From Macrostomum lignano (Eukaryota), in the NCBI GenBank assembly GCA_002269645.1, contig NIVC01000293.1:248001-312000 (forward strand): a stretch of DNA of 64,000 nt, written 5' to 3'. This document shows, piece after piece, positions 49,276 to 61,500 of this stretch (positions are counted from its first letter, which is position 1; the number at the start of each line of letters is the position of its first letter). A program made the translations under genes and the position numbers. The notes under the pieces are model-generated. The model had not been told where the DNA came from, ran no database searches, and saw nothing but the letters and a program-made list of their open reading frames with translations.

Positions 49276-51419
49276 AGTGTTATTAAGTAGTGTAAAAAAC
49301 TGCATTTATTTAATTATTTATGCTCTCCTGTCACTAATCCAACTCTTAGTGTCTGCACAACTCTATGCGCTATACAGCTGTAAAATAATAAAATTTATAA
49401 GCATAAAAATATAAAACAATAAGTTCGAAGGTTATACCAATAATTTTTGGCATCCAATGTTTATTTCGTAAATCTAATATATCTAAAGTAGCAACCCCCC
49501 CTCCACCGGCCCTGTCTGTCTGTGGGTATGTAACAGGTTATCTCCCAAAAGGCTCAACCGATTTTCTCCGTTTCTTCGCCAAAAGATGTCAAATGTGCCC
49601 GGGACGGTACATGTAATTTTATTAAGCTCTAGCTCAATGCTAAGGGGATTAAATATTCGAAAAACTGTTTTAAATGGCCTTTTTTGTGTATTTTTTTATC
49701 AGCCTGCGCGCAGCGAGAAACTTCACAGCCAATTTTAATGATTGCGCCAGAGCCAACTGATAAGAAAATTCACTTTGCCCCACTGCCCAGATAATTACTC
49801 TATTTAACTTGCGTAACCAATTAAGGGGGGGGGTATAATAAAAATTCTGGATGCTTCCAATATACTAAAAATCAAAACTATGTACCTATAGGAACCTTCG
49901 TTTAACTTGTCTGTGGGTATGTAACAGGTAATCTCGATAATGGCTAGATGAATTTTTTTCGGGTTTGAACCATCTGAAAGAAGAACATCTCAGGATCATT
50001 CGTGAGTTTGAAAATTGGAGAAATTCGATCGGGAAGTGGGTTAGTCTTTTGTTCAAAGACTGTACCCCCTGAGTTTAGCCATTTTCTGAACATTTTGGAC
50101 ACTTCTAGGCAATCTGCTGAATGCCTAGGTTAATATTTTGCCGCACATTTTATATCACTGGAAAGCTTGTCAGAAAAGGAATTCAATGGTACAAGTTTTA
50201 AAATTAGAACTTTTTGAATAAAATAATTATTGAAGTGTTAAGGCATTTTTTTCGCAAAAATTAATTTACTTTGCACATTGGCCGTGTGTACCTACTGTAC
50301 AATTCACTCGCTGTTAGGCGAGTGATTGCATAACACATGCAGCGGCGCCGCCGATAGGGTGGGGTCTGAGAGAACAGGGTAGAGAGAAAGGGGACGAGTG
50401 TACTGAATATTTGTATCTCCGCATGCACATTGACCCCCGCCAGAGTTGTTGAGAGAAAGGGGACGAGTGTACTTAGTTTTTGCATCTCCGCATGCACATT
50501 GACCAACCGCCAGAGCTGTTGACAACTGCAGTTAGTGAGAAGGCAGGGCTTCACTCTCTTTGCCCAGAGCTTTGGCTGGACACTTCATATGGCCGAACTG
50601 CAAGTTCTCACTCAATTTTCAAATTGTCTCTGCACTATTCTTTGTGATTCTTTGAAGTCTTGGAGCTAATAAGTTGAATGATAATAATATATACTAAAAT
50701 TCTATTGAATACTGAAAATGGCTAAACGCAAGGGTTCAAGCGCTGAAAAGAAAAACCGCAACGCAAAGCAGCGTCGCAATGAGGAAACGCCCGATGAGCG
50801 TGAGTCTAGACTGCACAAGCTACGGGAGCATACAAGAGAACAACGGGCGGAGGAATCAGTGAATGAACGAGAAGTTCGCCTCGGCCGGAAGAAAGCCCAA
50901 ATGAGGGAGCGCCGAGCTGCTGAGTCGGACGCTCAGCGTAGCCATCGCCAAGAGCGAGATCGTGAACAGCACAGAAGGCGGCGGACAGAGCGGACAGAGA
51001 CCACGGAACGGATTCCGGATTCAAGGTAAGCTATATTCACTTTACTTATTAATGTTCATGTAATCGTAATAATAATTCAAATAGTTTATAGTTACTTTTT
51101 TCTGAGCCTTGGCTGTGAGAGAGATGGAAAGTATTGAGGACGAAGACAGAGTGATTAATTAAAGCTTTCCACTGATAGACAGACAGAGAAATATAAAAGA
51201 TGATGCATTAGAAAAGTGGAGAGACAGAAATACAAAAACAAATATAGACGAGCTGAGCTGGTGATAAATGAGATGGTGAGAAGAGGGCCGCTAAGAAAAG
51301 CGTATATAGGGGAGTGGCAACGTTAACGGAAGACAGAACTGTGAAATATTTATAGAGGCTATAAGACAGGGCGGATACTGGGGGGGGGGCAAGGGGCTCA
51401 GTGGCCCTCCCTCAGGCCC

Positions 51420-51790
51420 TCCCTCAGTTGCGAAATTCTAGGAGAGCGAGAGAGAGAGAACGAGAGAGAGAGCGAGAGAGAGCGAGAGAGAGGAAGGGCG
51501 AGAGAGAGGGAGAGCGAGAGAGAGAGGGAGAGCGAGAGAGAGAGGGAGAGCGAGAGAGGGAGAGATAGCGAGAGAGAGCGAGAGAGAGGAAGGGCGAGAG
51601 AGAGAGAGGGAGAGCGAGAGAGAGAGGGAGAGCGAGAGAGCGAGAGAGACAGGGGGACAGAGCGAGAGAGGGGGAGAGAGCGAGAGAGAGAGAGCGAGAG
51701 AGAGAGCGATAGAGAGCGAGAGAGAGGGGGGAGAGAGCGAGAGAGAGAGAGGGAGAGTGAGAGAGAGGGAGAGAACGGGAGAGAGCATAA
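51420..51790 (+). repeat. (GA/GAGC)n compound microsatellite in a Helitron intron
   Basis: Direct reading of the sequence. Confidence 0.95.
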
Positions 51791-52059
51791 AAGTTTTTAG
51801 CATTCATTTATAATGAGTTGCATTCAAATTGCTGTATCGACTGTGTAGTATAATTAGACGAGTGGGTCATGGTGCGAGTGGGTCTCGTACGAGGCTCATG
51901 CATTAGTCTTCATTGATTGATTGATATCGTCAAATGCAACAATTAAATCATTCTTTTATACACATGTTCGGTTGAACATACATTTCCTTTCACAGGACCG
52001 ATTCGACACTGTCCGCTGCCTCCGATGCTTCACCTTTTAATTCCCTGCAAGCTGTTCGT

Positions 52060-52602
52060 ATGCCGGGTGATGGGAATTGCTTTTTCCACTCTGTGTGTGA
52101 TCAGTTGCGGGGTACTGACTTAGAGACGGACATATTCTCGCTCCGCGCTGATTTTACCGCCCGCGCTGTCCCCTTTCTGCGTGAGTTACTGGAGCAGGGC
52201 GTTTTTGAGGCACCTGACTTTGACCGCATTTTGCGTGAGTGTTCCAGTCACGGAACTGACATTCCAGATGAAATGGTACCTCTTTTTAGCCGTTGCTATC
52301 CTGTTGACCTTATCGTGTACCAGACGGACGGTGGTCTGTATGTCAATCACCACCAATCTGATGTGCAGCCACCTATTGCAGTTGTGAGAGTGATGCTGTC
52401 GAATGAGCACTACAATTCTCTACGAGTGCCTGATTTTCAGCCGGCCGCGCAGACCACGCCCACAGGTGCTGCATCTGATGGCAGGCGCCCCTCGTACTCT
52501 CAGGTTCCTCCGGGCGCCAGGAATCGTTCTGCTGAGCCAGACCAGACTGCTGCTGCAGATCCTGTGAACACGGCAGCTGATTCGATGGACAATTCTGTGT
52601 GA
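52060..52602 (+). CDS. OTU cysteine-protease exon of the Helitron RepHel gene
   Basis: The catalytic motifs PGDGNCFFHSV and EHYNSL are present. Confidence 0.88.
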   Translation: MPGDGNCFFHSVCDQLRGTDLETDIFSLRADFTARAVPFLRELLEQGVFEAPDFDRILRECSSHGTDIPDEMVPLFSRCYPVDLIVYQTDGGLYVNHHQSDVQPPIAVVRVMLSNEHYNSLRVPDFQPAAQTTPTGAASDGRRPSYSQVPPGARNRSAEPDQTAAADPVNTAADSMDNSV

Positions 52603-55600
52603 GTACTCTACTGTCATTCATATTTTTATGTCTAGCTATAATGCATGATGCTATGCTAACCGGAAATGCGTCCAGAAAAACTGAATATAATTGAATATAA
52701 CTAATATAGAGTAGCTCTCGGTTCTTACTTTCGCAGACCGGAAGTCACCAAGGCCCACTTTGCTGGACGAATGGCGCTGCCCTGTTCTCACTGCGGTGCC
52801 CTTCACTGGAAGCAGGAGGCGCCCGGGATCTGCTGCAACAATGGAAAAGTACGACTGGAGCCGCGCAACGTTCCCCGAGAACTACGTCAACTGCTGACCG
52901 GCGATCATGAGAAGAGCAGCACGTTCCTGGCGAACATGAGGAAGTATAACGCCGCCCTGCACATGACGTCATTCGGAGTGCAAGAACGGCATCTGAGGGG
53001 TGGCTCTCCTAGCGTCATCATTCAGGGGGAGCTGCATCATCGAATCGGGAGCCTGCTACCGGAGGAAAATTCAGTGCCCAAGTTTTGTCAAATATTCTTC
53101 TGCGACTCCGAGTTGGACACAAGGATGGCTTTGGTTCAAGGACTGGACCGTGGCCTGCTGGAACTGCTGCAGAATGTTCTTCACCGGGACAACTCTTACG
53201 TGCGCAGCTTCAAAGCCGCAATAGATAGACCGACCGACGATCCCGAGCTTCAGCACGCAGATCTCATCATTCGTGCCGATAGGAAGCCATCAGGAGAGCA
53301 TGCAAGGTAGGATGCAGTGCATAGTTTGGGGAGTTATACGATCGTATAATATTTAGTCAAAGAGCGTATAATAGTAATTCAACTGAAAGCCTACAATTTT
53401 GTGAAAAAAATCTGTAGTAGTTAATAAATGAATCTATCCAAGTGACTAATTCCAAGTGACTAATATATCTGACTAATTATATGACAAATATCTGGCAAAA
53501 TATCTGGCAAAAGCACACCCTAAACGTTTGATGACGTAAAACTCGGTGGGAATAAATGTTACCTTGGTTTTGTTCTCCCACGACTTAGAATGCCTTGCGT
53601 TTTTCGTTCTGTCGAGTTGCATTTGATTGTTTTTGCTATCAGTCAGCTTTGATATGTTATGTTTTACGAGTCTCTACAAGTTCTACGAGTGACAAGTGAA
53701 TATCAATACGGACGTCGTCTATTGTATTTTCTGTATGTTTCTTTTTCTCAATGTTACTTGCGTGTCTTTTCCACTTTGTGTACTTTTACTAATACGACGT
53801 ATGAAAGCAGAGCTTCTGTCTTTCTCTTCTTATTTTTGTCCCCCCATCTCTCTCTTTCTCCTTCTTTCTCTATATATATACATATCACTATTTCTCTTAC
53901 TCTTTTATTGTTTGCATTCTGATAGCTTCTGACATATTTTCTATCTCCAACTCACTGATCTCTGTTTGCACTTGCATGTGTAGGCGTACTCATTGCATCA
54001 ATCTGCCGCACCTGCACATTTTTCTCTCCTGGATCTTTTTTGTTCCTTCAATCAGACGTTTCAATCTGCCGACTGTCAGCGAGGTGGCAGTGCTGGTTCC
54101 TGATGGAGATGAAGACACCGACGGAATTTCAACGACGAAGCGAGACGTTCTCCTGCATCTGAGAGGCGGTGGCCTTCAGCGCATTGACGAGACCAACCGG
54201 TGCTACGACGCTCTAGAGTATGTCTTGTTTCATCCTCGAGGTGAGGACGGATGGCATCTGGGCATGACGATGACGAATGGTCGGAAGCTGACTCCCAAGG
54301 CCATGTATCAATACCTATTGATGGTGCGACCAGGGGTGTTCAATCCACTTCACTATGGTCGACGACTGCTGCAGCAGTACATTGTGGATCAAGCGGCCAA
54401 GATAGAGACGGAGCGACTCAACTACCAGAGAACTCATCAGGCGGATCTGCGCTCGGAGACTTACAGTGGCTTAAGAGATGCTCTGGTTGCTGTGGACGGC
54501 GATGGCAGTCAGGTTGGACAGCGAGTCATTTTGTCGTCGACATTTGTTGGAGGACCTCGCTACCTTCTTGAACGCCAGCAGGACGCTTTGGCGTATGTAC
54601 AGCATTTTGGCCGCCCAGATCTGTTTATCACAATGACTGCCAATCCCAACTGGGACGAGATTGTACAGGAGTTGCTACCAGGTCAAAATGCTTCTGATCG
54701 GCCAGACCTGACAATGAGAGTATTCGATTTGAAGCCAAGAGACCTGATTCAGCACGTCTTCCCTACATTCGAGGAATCCGACGAGCGCAACAGGCTGTTC
54801 GAGTCAAGAGCCATCCTCGCCCCGCACAACCGAACCGTCGATGAAATCAACGCTGCCTGCCTGGAGCTCTTCCCTGGCGAAGGGGTCGAGTACCGGTCGT
54901 TCGACTCCATCCCGAATGATGAAGATGCGGCTACCCAGTTTCCCGTGGAGTCTCTCAACAGCCTGGATCCTCCTGGACTGCCGCAACATCTGCTTCGACT
55001 CAAGGTGGGTATGCCGGTGATGCTGCTGCGGAATCTGCACCCGCCTCGCCTGTGCAACGGCAGCCGACTGATCGTGACCAAACTGGAGCCCAATGTACTG
55101 GTCGCGAGGATTGCAACTGGAGCGTACAAAGGTGAACAGGTGTTTTTGCCACGCATTCCATTGGAGCCAAGTACGGCTGACTTACCGATTGTATTTCGAC
55201 GGCTCCAGTTTCCTGTTCGTCCTTGTTTTGCTATCACGGTCCACAAGAGCCAAGGCCAGACTCTGGACTTTTTTGGTGTACATTTGATTCTCTCTTGCTT
55301 TCAGCATGGACAATTGTATGTTGCCTTGAGCAGAGCCCGTGATCCCAAAAACATTCGCGTATTGGCTCCTGACAACAAGACTCGGAATGTCGTTCTGAAG
55401 CCTGTTCTCTCATAGGAATTTCTTGTCGTGCTATACATTAGTTTACATTGATGCGACAAAGACATTATCGATTTTGCATTTCCTGGCATACTAACGGCTT
55501 GTATTTGTTAGGAACGCTGTTAAAAAAATTGTTTGCCTCCTTACTGCAATACTGCACTGTTATCCATACACTTATCTGTTCATCGTGTGCAATTTTATTA

Positions 55601-55831
55601 ACTTCTGCAAAGTTTCGTTCACCATCTGAATGAATGCCTTGATCACCGCATAATGAAAGCCATGCAGGAAAAACATTGCATTATACAGCGTAGCTTATTT
55701 TTGCACTAGCGAAATTGATACATACACATGTAAAAATTTGCTTCATGTAAAAAATGTAATCACCAAATTTCTAACAAAGCTAAATATATACGCTTTTCTG
55801 GTATTTGTCGTAAAATAGTATATATATAATA

Positions 55832-55857
55832 CTAGCGGTACCCCCACCCTTCGGGTG
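55832..55857 (-). terminator. Helitron 3' terminus (hairpin + CTAG|T) of a minus-strand element; duplicated at 63206
   Basis: The minus strand reads CACCC-GAA-GGGTG, 9 nt, then CTAG|T. Confidence 0.7.
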
Positions 55858-56743
55858 TTCCCATCCATCTAAATTCCATCAGGCCAAATTCACACACATT
55901 GCAACTCCTTGCCATGGACGTTGAAATCAGCAAAAAAAATTTCATTTTGCTGATGTCAATTAAATCAAGACCTACGTTGTTCAACTTTCTAGAAAGATTT
56001 ATTATCTCTATCGTTATTGTACCCAATTTTCCTATTGGTTACAATGCAGGGGATTCATCCATCCCCTCTCCTACTCATCCATCCCCTCTCCCATCCATCC
56101 ATCCATCCTCCTCCCACTCTCACCCATCCCATCTCCCTCTCTATCTCACATTTATCCCACTGTCATATGGATAATGTAAGTTTACCAAATGGTCACTTCA
56201 TTGGCGCTTTCCATATATTTTTTTCATTTTGCCATCCGTCCATGCATCGAAATTGGCATGTAAAACTGCGCACAGTTAAATTCTGTGGGAAAATTCGTCA
56301 ATGGGATGTTATATCCGTTCGCATATACTATTCCATGCACACAGAGTCATTTCATACAAATATGTCAGGAAAGAATAACAAACACGAGAAGTATTACTTA
56401 ACGCAGCAATTAAACAGCATAGCAGGCTATCCTCGCCTCGATAAAGAAGCACAACAGATCTGAGTCCGTATCCTAATACCGTAGGTGAATTTGTTTTTTT
56501 TGTCACTGTCATTGTCGTAAAAAAATAGTAGTGGTGTAATAAGTGATCCGCTGCAAGATGTATCATTGCGTGTATAACAAACTATACTATAGTATGTATT
56601 AATTAACTACAATTTTGGGAAACTTACTATGCCATCAGTCAATAAAGTAGCTTCCTCGGGATGGGATCTACCATGCACGAGACTCATACAAGTGGTTCAG
56701 TAGCATTTTTTTGCATTCTGTTTTACGCAGTGTGGCAACACCT

Positions 56744-57295
56744 CTAACTGTCCATTGAAGACCTTCCCGCAGAGCCGGACTCGTCCAGAGACATCACGGA
56801 GGTTTGGCTTGCATTCGCGATCTGTTCTTGCACCTCTGTTCCGTCCAGTGGCTCGGCTGTTGACGTCTCAGTTGATGCAGCCGGGTCCGCATCCTCGCTA
56901 TGTCGGGCTCGCTTGCGGGGAGAGGACTCATCCTCAGGGCAGCTCTCTTCAAGCTGCCGTCCAAGCACGGACTCCAGGTGGTCGCGTTCGTCACGCACGG
57001 TTGCCAGCTCCTTCCGCACAGTCGCAAGCTCGTCTCGCTCAGCTTGTACGATGGTGAGCTCGTCCCGCAGTTCAGAAACCGTTCTTCGTAGCTGCGCGAT
57101 TTCGCATTGCTGCTGTGCAACCAGCTCAGCCAGGGCAGATTTCCTGTCGGATTCTTGTTGGGCTATCGTCTCCTGATGACGGACGATGTTCGAAGCTTTC
57201 TCCATGAAGGTCTTCATGTGTTGTTCCATTCCTCGTCGTTGCTTCTCAAACATCTCGGGGTAGCTATCCGGCCTATTTGTCGGTTGCTGAGACAT
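56744..57295 (-). CDS. 183-aa coiled-coil protein of unknown function with a PRKRAR NLS-like motif
   Basis: An uninterrupted GC-rich ORF in AT-rich surroundings, with heptad-like E/Q/R repeats. Confidence 0.55.
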   Translation of the reverse strand: MSQQPTNRPDSYPEMFEKQRRGMEQHMKTFMEKASNIVRHQETIAQQESDRKSALAELVAQQQCEIAQLRRTVSELRDELTIVQAERDELATVRKELATVRDERDHLESVLGRQLEESCPEDESSPRKRARHSEDADPAASTETSTAEPLDGTEVQEQIANASQTSVMSLDESGSAGRSSMDS

Positions 57296-57687
57296 TGGGA
57301 TTGTCTTAGTCCAAATTATACGTGAAAAAAATCAAAATTAGGCGAATGACAGAGACAGTCACATTCCTGAATCCTGTGATCGTTGAGGCAGTAGCCTCTT
57401 TCCCTCACTCTAATATATAGCTAACCCTCAGACCTTCAGTCCAGAGAGACAGGAGACAATCAGAGTAGAGGTATGAAATGCCAGGACTTACGGGAAATGA
57501 GATTTTAATTGAGTATTGCGCCACACTTCTCTTCGCCTCTCTCTGTTGCTATTCTTGCTAGGGTGAGTGAATTTTGTGCGGCGTCGCTGTTGAGTGCTGA
57601 CGCAATACAATCACTGTATAGTAGTCTACTACCCCGCACAACGTAGTGGGAGAGAAGAACAGACAGTGTGAGTGACTGTCATAAAAA

Positions 57688-57718
<31 letters not shown>

Positions 57719-57734
57719 ATAATTGAATAGTCTC

Positions 57735-57941
57735 TTACCACTGTGTGCACTGCGAGCCGCCGACCTGCACCGTCGCAGCCGCAGCCGCAACCGCAACCGC
57801 AGCCGTAGTCGCAGCCACGGCAGTAGCGGTGGTTCCGTTCAGACGGATAACTACTTCGATTGTTAATGGAAAGAGAGAGACGGAGAGAGACACGGACAGA
57901 GAGAGACGGATAGAGAGAGAGAGTGAAAGAGAGAGAGAGAG

Positions 57942-57987
<46 letters not shown>

Positions 57988-58020
57988 GGAGAGAGAGAGA
58001 ATGAGAGAGAATGGGAGAAT
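57735..58020 (+). repeat. (TG)n, (GCAGCC)n and (GA)n microsatellites
   Basis: Direct reading of the sequence. Confidence 0.85.
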
Positions 58021-58526
58021 GAGAATTGAAAAATACACAAATGAGAGAATTGGAAAAATATTTTATTTCGTTCTTATTTCTTCACGCATTTTCAGCTGCG
58101 TGCTGAAATTCTAAGAGAGAAGACGCACAGAAGGACAACCGAGACAAGAAGTCGTGGAGAAAAGAGGGAGAGAAGATAATAGAGGCACTGAGAGTTGTTT
58201 TTTCCTGTTACACCTGCAATTACGGGCAACTGACGCGATGGCCAATGAAAATTGCATTGATAAGGGAGAGACGGGATGGCTGAGAGGGGGATAAGAGGGA
58301 GAGGGGATGAATGAAACGGTGGGATAAAGAGGGAGATGGGATGGGTGAGAGTGGGAGGAGGATGGATGGATGGATGGGAGAGGGGATGGATGAGTAGGAG
58401 AGGGGATGGATGAGTCCCCTGCATTGTAACCAATAGGAAAATTGGGTACAATAACGATAGAGATAATAAATCTTTCTAGAAAGTTGAACAACGTAGGTCT
58501 TGATTTAATTGACATCAGCAAAATGA

Positions 58527-61500
58527 ATCAGACGTTTCAATCTGCCGACTGTCAGCGAGGTGGCAGTGCTGGTTCCTGATGGAGATGAAGACACCGACGG
58601 AATTTCAACGACGAAGCGAGACGTTCTCCTGCATCTGAGAGGCGGTGGCCTTCAGCGCATTGACGAGACCAACCGGTGCTACGACGCTCTAGAGTATGTC
58701 TTGTTTCATCCTCGAGGTGAGGACGGATGGCATCTGGGCATGACGATGACGAATGGTCGGAAGCTGACTCCCAAGGCCATGTATCAATACCTATTGATGG
58801 TGCGACCAGGGGTGTTCAATCCACTTCACTATGGTCGACGACTGCTGCAGCAGTACATTGTGGATCAAGCGGCCAAGATAGAGACGGAGCGACTCAACTA
58901 CCAGAGAACTCATCAGGCGGATCTGCGCTCGGAGACTTACAGTGGCTTAAGAGATGCTCTGGTTGCTGTGGACGGCGATGGCAGTCAGGTTGGACAGCGA
59001 GTCATTTTGTCGTCGACATTTGTTGGAGGACCTCGCTACCTTCTTGAACGCCAGCAGGACGCTTTGGCGTATGTACAGCATTTTGGCCGCCCAGATCTGT
59101 TTATCACAATGACTGCCAATCCCAACTGGGACGAGATTGTACAGGAGTTGCTACCAGGTCAAAATGCTTCTGATCGGCCAGACCTGACAATGAGAGTATT
59201 CGATTTGAAGCGGAAAGCTCTGCTTCAGAGAATCAGGACCGTCTTTGGCCTGCAGGTGGCACATGTTTGCAGTCTGGAATATCAGAAGAGAGGTAAGTAC
59301 TCGTAATTTTTTCCCGGTATTCAGGTGGTACTATTGAAGCATATTATTTCTCGAGCTGCAACATGCTCACGACACATAAAAACCATGTTTCTTCAATTCA
59401 GGGCTTCCACACGTTCATCTGCTTCTCTGGCTGGCAACTCGGGACAGAGTGACACCTGATCGATACGACGAGATCGTCTCCGCAGAGATCCCTAGCGCCG
59501 AGACGAAGCCGGAACTACACAAGCTGGTGATCACCCACATGCTACACGGACCCTGTGGCAAGACGAACCCGTCCTGCCCGTGCATGGATAAGGGCAAGTG
59601 CACTAAAGGATTTCCAAAGGATTTCCAGATCGCCACAGTGGTAAACGATTCGGGCTACCCATACTACCGTCGACGAGCGCCTTCAATGGGTGGCCACGTG
59701 GGAAAGAAATTGTTTCGAGGGAAGGAGATGACACTGAACAATGGGTAAGTGTATTGCTCAGCCATTGTTTTTCGCTATTTTACTGAACAGCATCTCATTT
59801 TAGAACCCTATGTACTAACAGCATCTCGTTTTGGGACTTATTTTTTATCCTTATTTTCGTGCAAAGTAATCGACTTGTAACCATGTATAGGCTTCTTAAA
59901 TATAATATCCTCAGCGTCAGAAAGAAGTAATACTTCAGGACATAAATGCCTCGCAGATGTTTTTTTACTTAAATTGATATTTGTTTTTTCCTAGGATTTG
60001 TAAGCACCAAACTTATTTTAATTACTTTGGTGCTTCCTCCCCCAAACAAATTCTTGTCCTCCCTTAGATTCGTGGTCCCATACTCGCCGAAGCTGCTTGC
60101 GGAGTTCCGGTGTCATCTCAACGTGGAGGTCTGCGCCACGGTGAAAGCGATTAAGTACGTAGTTAAGTACTTAAACAAAGGATCCGACATGGCGGTTTGC
60201 CAGCTGAGCCGAGAGCTTCGGAACCGAGACGAGATCAGCGCCTACCTGCTAGCTCGCTACCTGGGACCACACGAAGGCGCGCAGATAATCTTTGGCCTGG
60301 ACGTTCACAGCCGGTCACCACCGGTTGTGCCTCTGAGTGTGCATCTGCCAGGCAAGGTCAAGGTCTACTTCACGGAGCAGACGGCAGCGCAGAGAGCAGT
60401 GCAGCCACCCCGCAGCACCTTGACGGCCTTCTTTGAACTGTGCCGGACCGACAGCTTCGCTCGGCAACTGCTATACGGAGAGCTCCCTCGCTACTTTGTA
60501 TGGCATGTGGACAAAAAGGAATGGCAGCGGGCCAAGCGAGGTGCACAAGTGGAAGGCCATCCGGACGTTCGACAGCGTGACGCCATCGGCAGAATCTACA
60601 CCGTCAGTCCGCGTGCTGGTGACGTCTTTTATCTTCGCCTGGCCCTCCTGCGCGTTCGAGGCCCAGTCGGCTACGAGGCCCTGCGCACAGTCAACGGAGT
60701 TTTGCAGCCAAGCTTCAAGGAAGCCTGCAGAGTCCTGGGCTTTCTGGAGGACGACAAACACTGGCAGTTGTGCATGGAGGAGGCGGCCGAAACTCGGATG
60801 CCGACTGCACTTCGCTGTCTGTTCTGCGTCATCCTCTTCTTCGGTGACACCAGTGATATTCCCAGCCTGTGGGATCGATTTCGTGCTGCCATGGGCGAGG
60901 ACTTCGTTCATCAAGGATTGGACGAGGAGACGGCAAGCAACCGAGTCCTGCAAGAGCTGGCGGTGCGGCTGGAAGCCATGGGCGGTGGCCGACTGCCTGA
61001 CTTCGGCCTGCCGGAACCGAGACAGCAGACAGCAGAGGATGCGCCCGAATATGACAGTCAGCAGTTGCACAACTTTGTCGAAGAACGCGAGCTGCTGCTG
61101 ACTGAGGAACAGAGGACAGTCTACAATGTTGTTCGAGAGAGTCTGCAAGGTGGGCGTGGTGGACTTCATTTCATTGATGCAGCTGGTGGCACCGGAAAAA
61201 GTTTTCTGCTCGAACTTCTCCTGGCGTGGGTGAGATCACGTGGTGAAGTAGCCAGCACCGGAATTGCGGCCACTCTTCTACCTGGAGGGCAGACTGCGCA
61301 CTCAGCATTCAAGATTCCCGTGTCACCAGTGCGCCGGGACAACGCCTTCTGTTCGATCGGCAAGCAGAGCAACCTTGCGGAGAGATTAAGAAGAACCCGA
61401 CTGATTGTGTGGGATGAGGCTGCCATGATGCACCGGAAGGACCTGGAGACCGTTGAGCGTAGCCTCAGAGACACAGTGGTAGATCAGCCTTTCGGCGGTC

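Larger units (their letters stand above)
49473..55415 (+). mobile_element. Helitron copy 1: 5' end, exons 1-3 and an internally deleted RepHel
   Basis: A|TCTAATATATCT...ctgtctgtc...AACCGATTTT is a typical 5' end. Exons are 50718-51025 (E/R-rich), ~51996-52600 (OTU), ~52737-53306 (Zn finger) and 54056-55415. Confidence 0.85.

Noticed and set aside
46689-58040. ORFs over microsatellites (46689, 48820, 51424, 51438, 57679, 57735) and antisense ORFs within transposases
   Set aside because: These are low-complexity or shadow frames of real coding regions.
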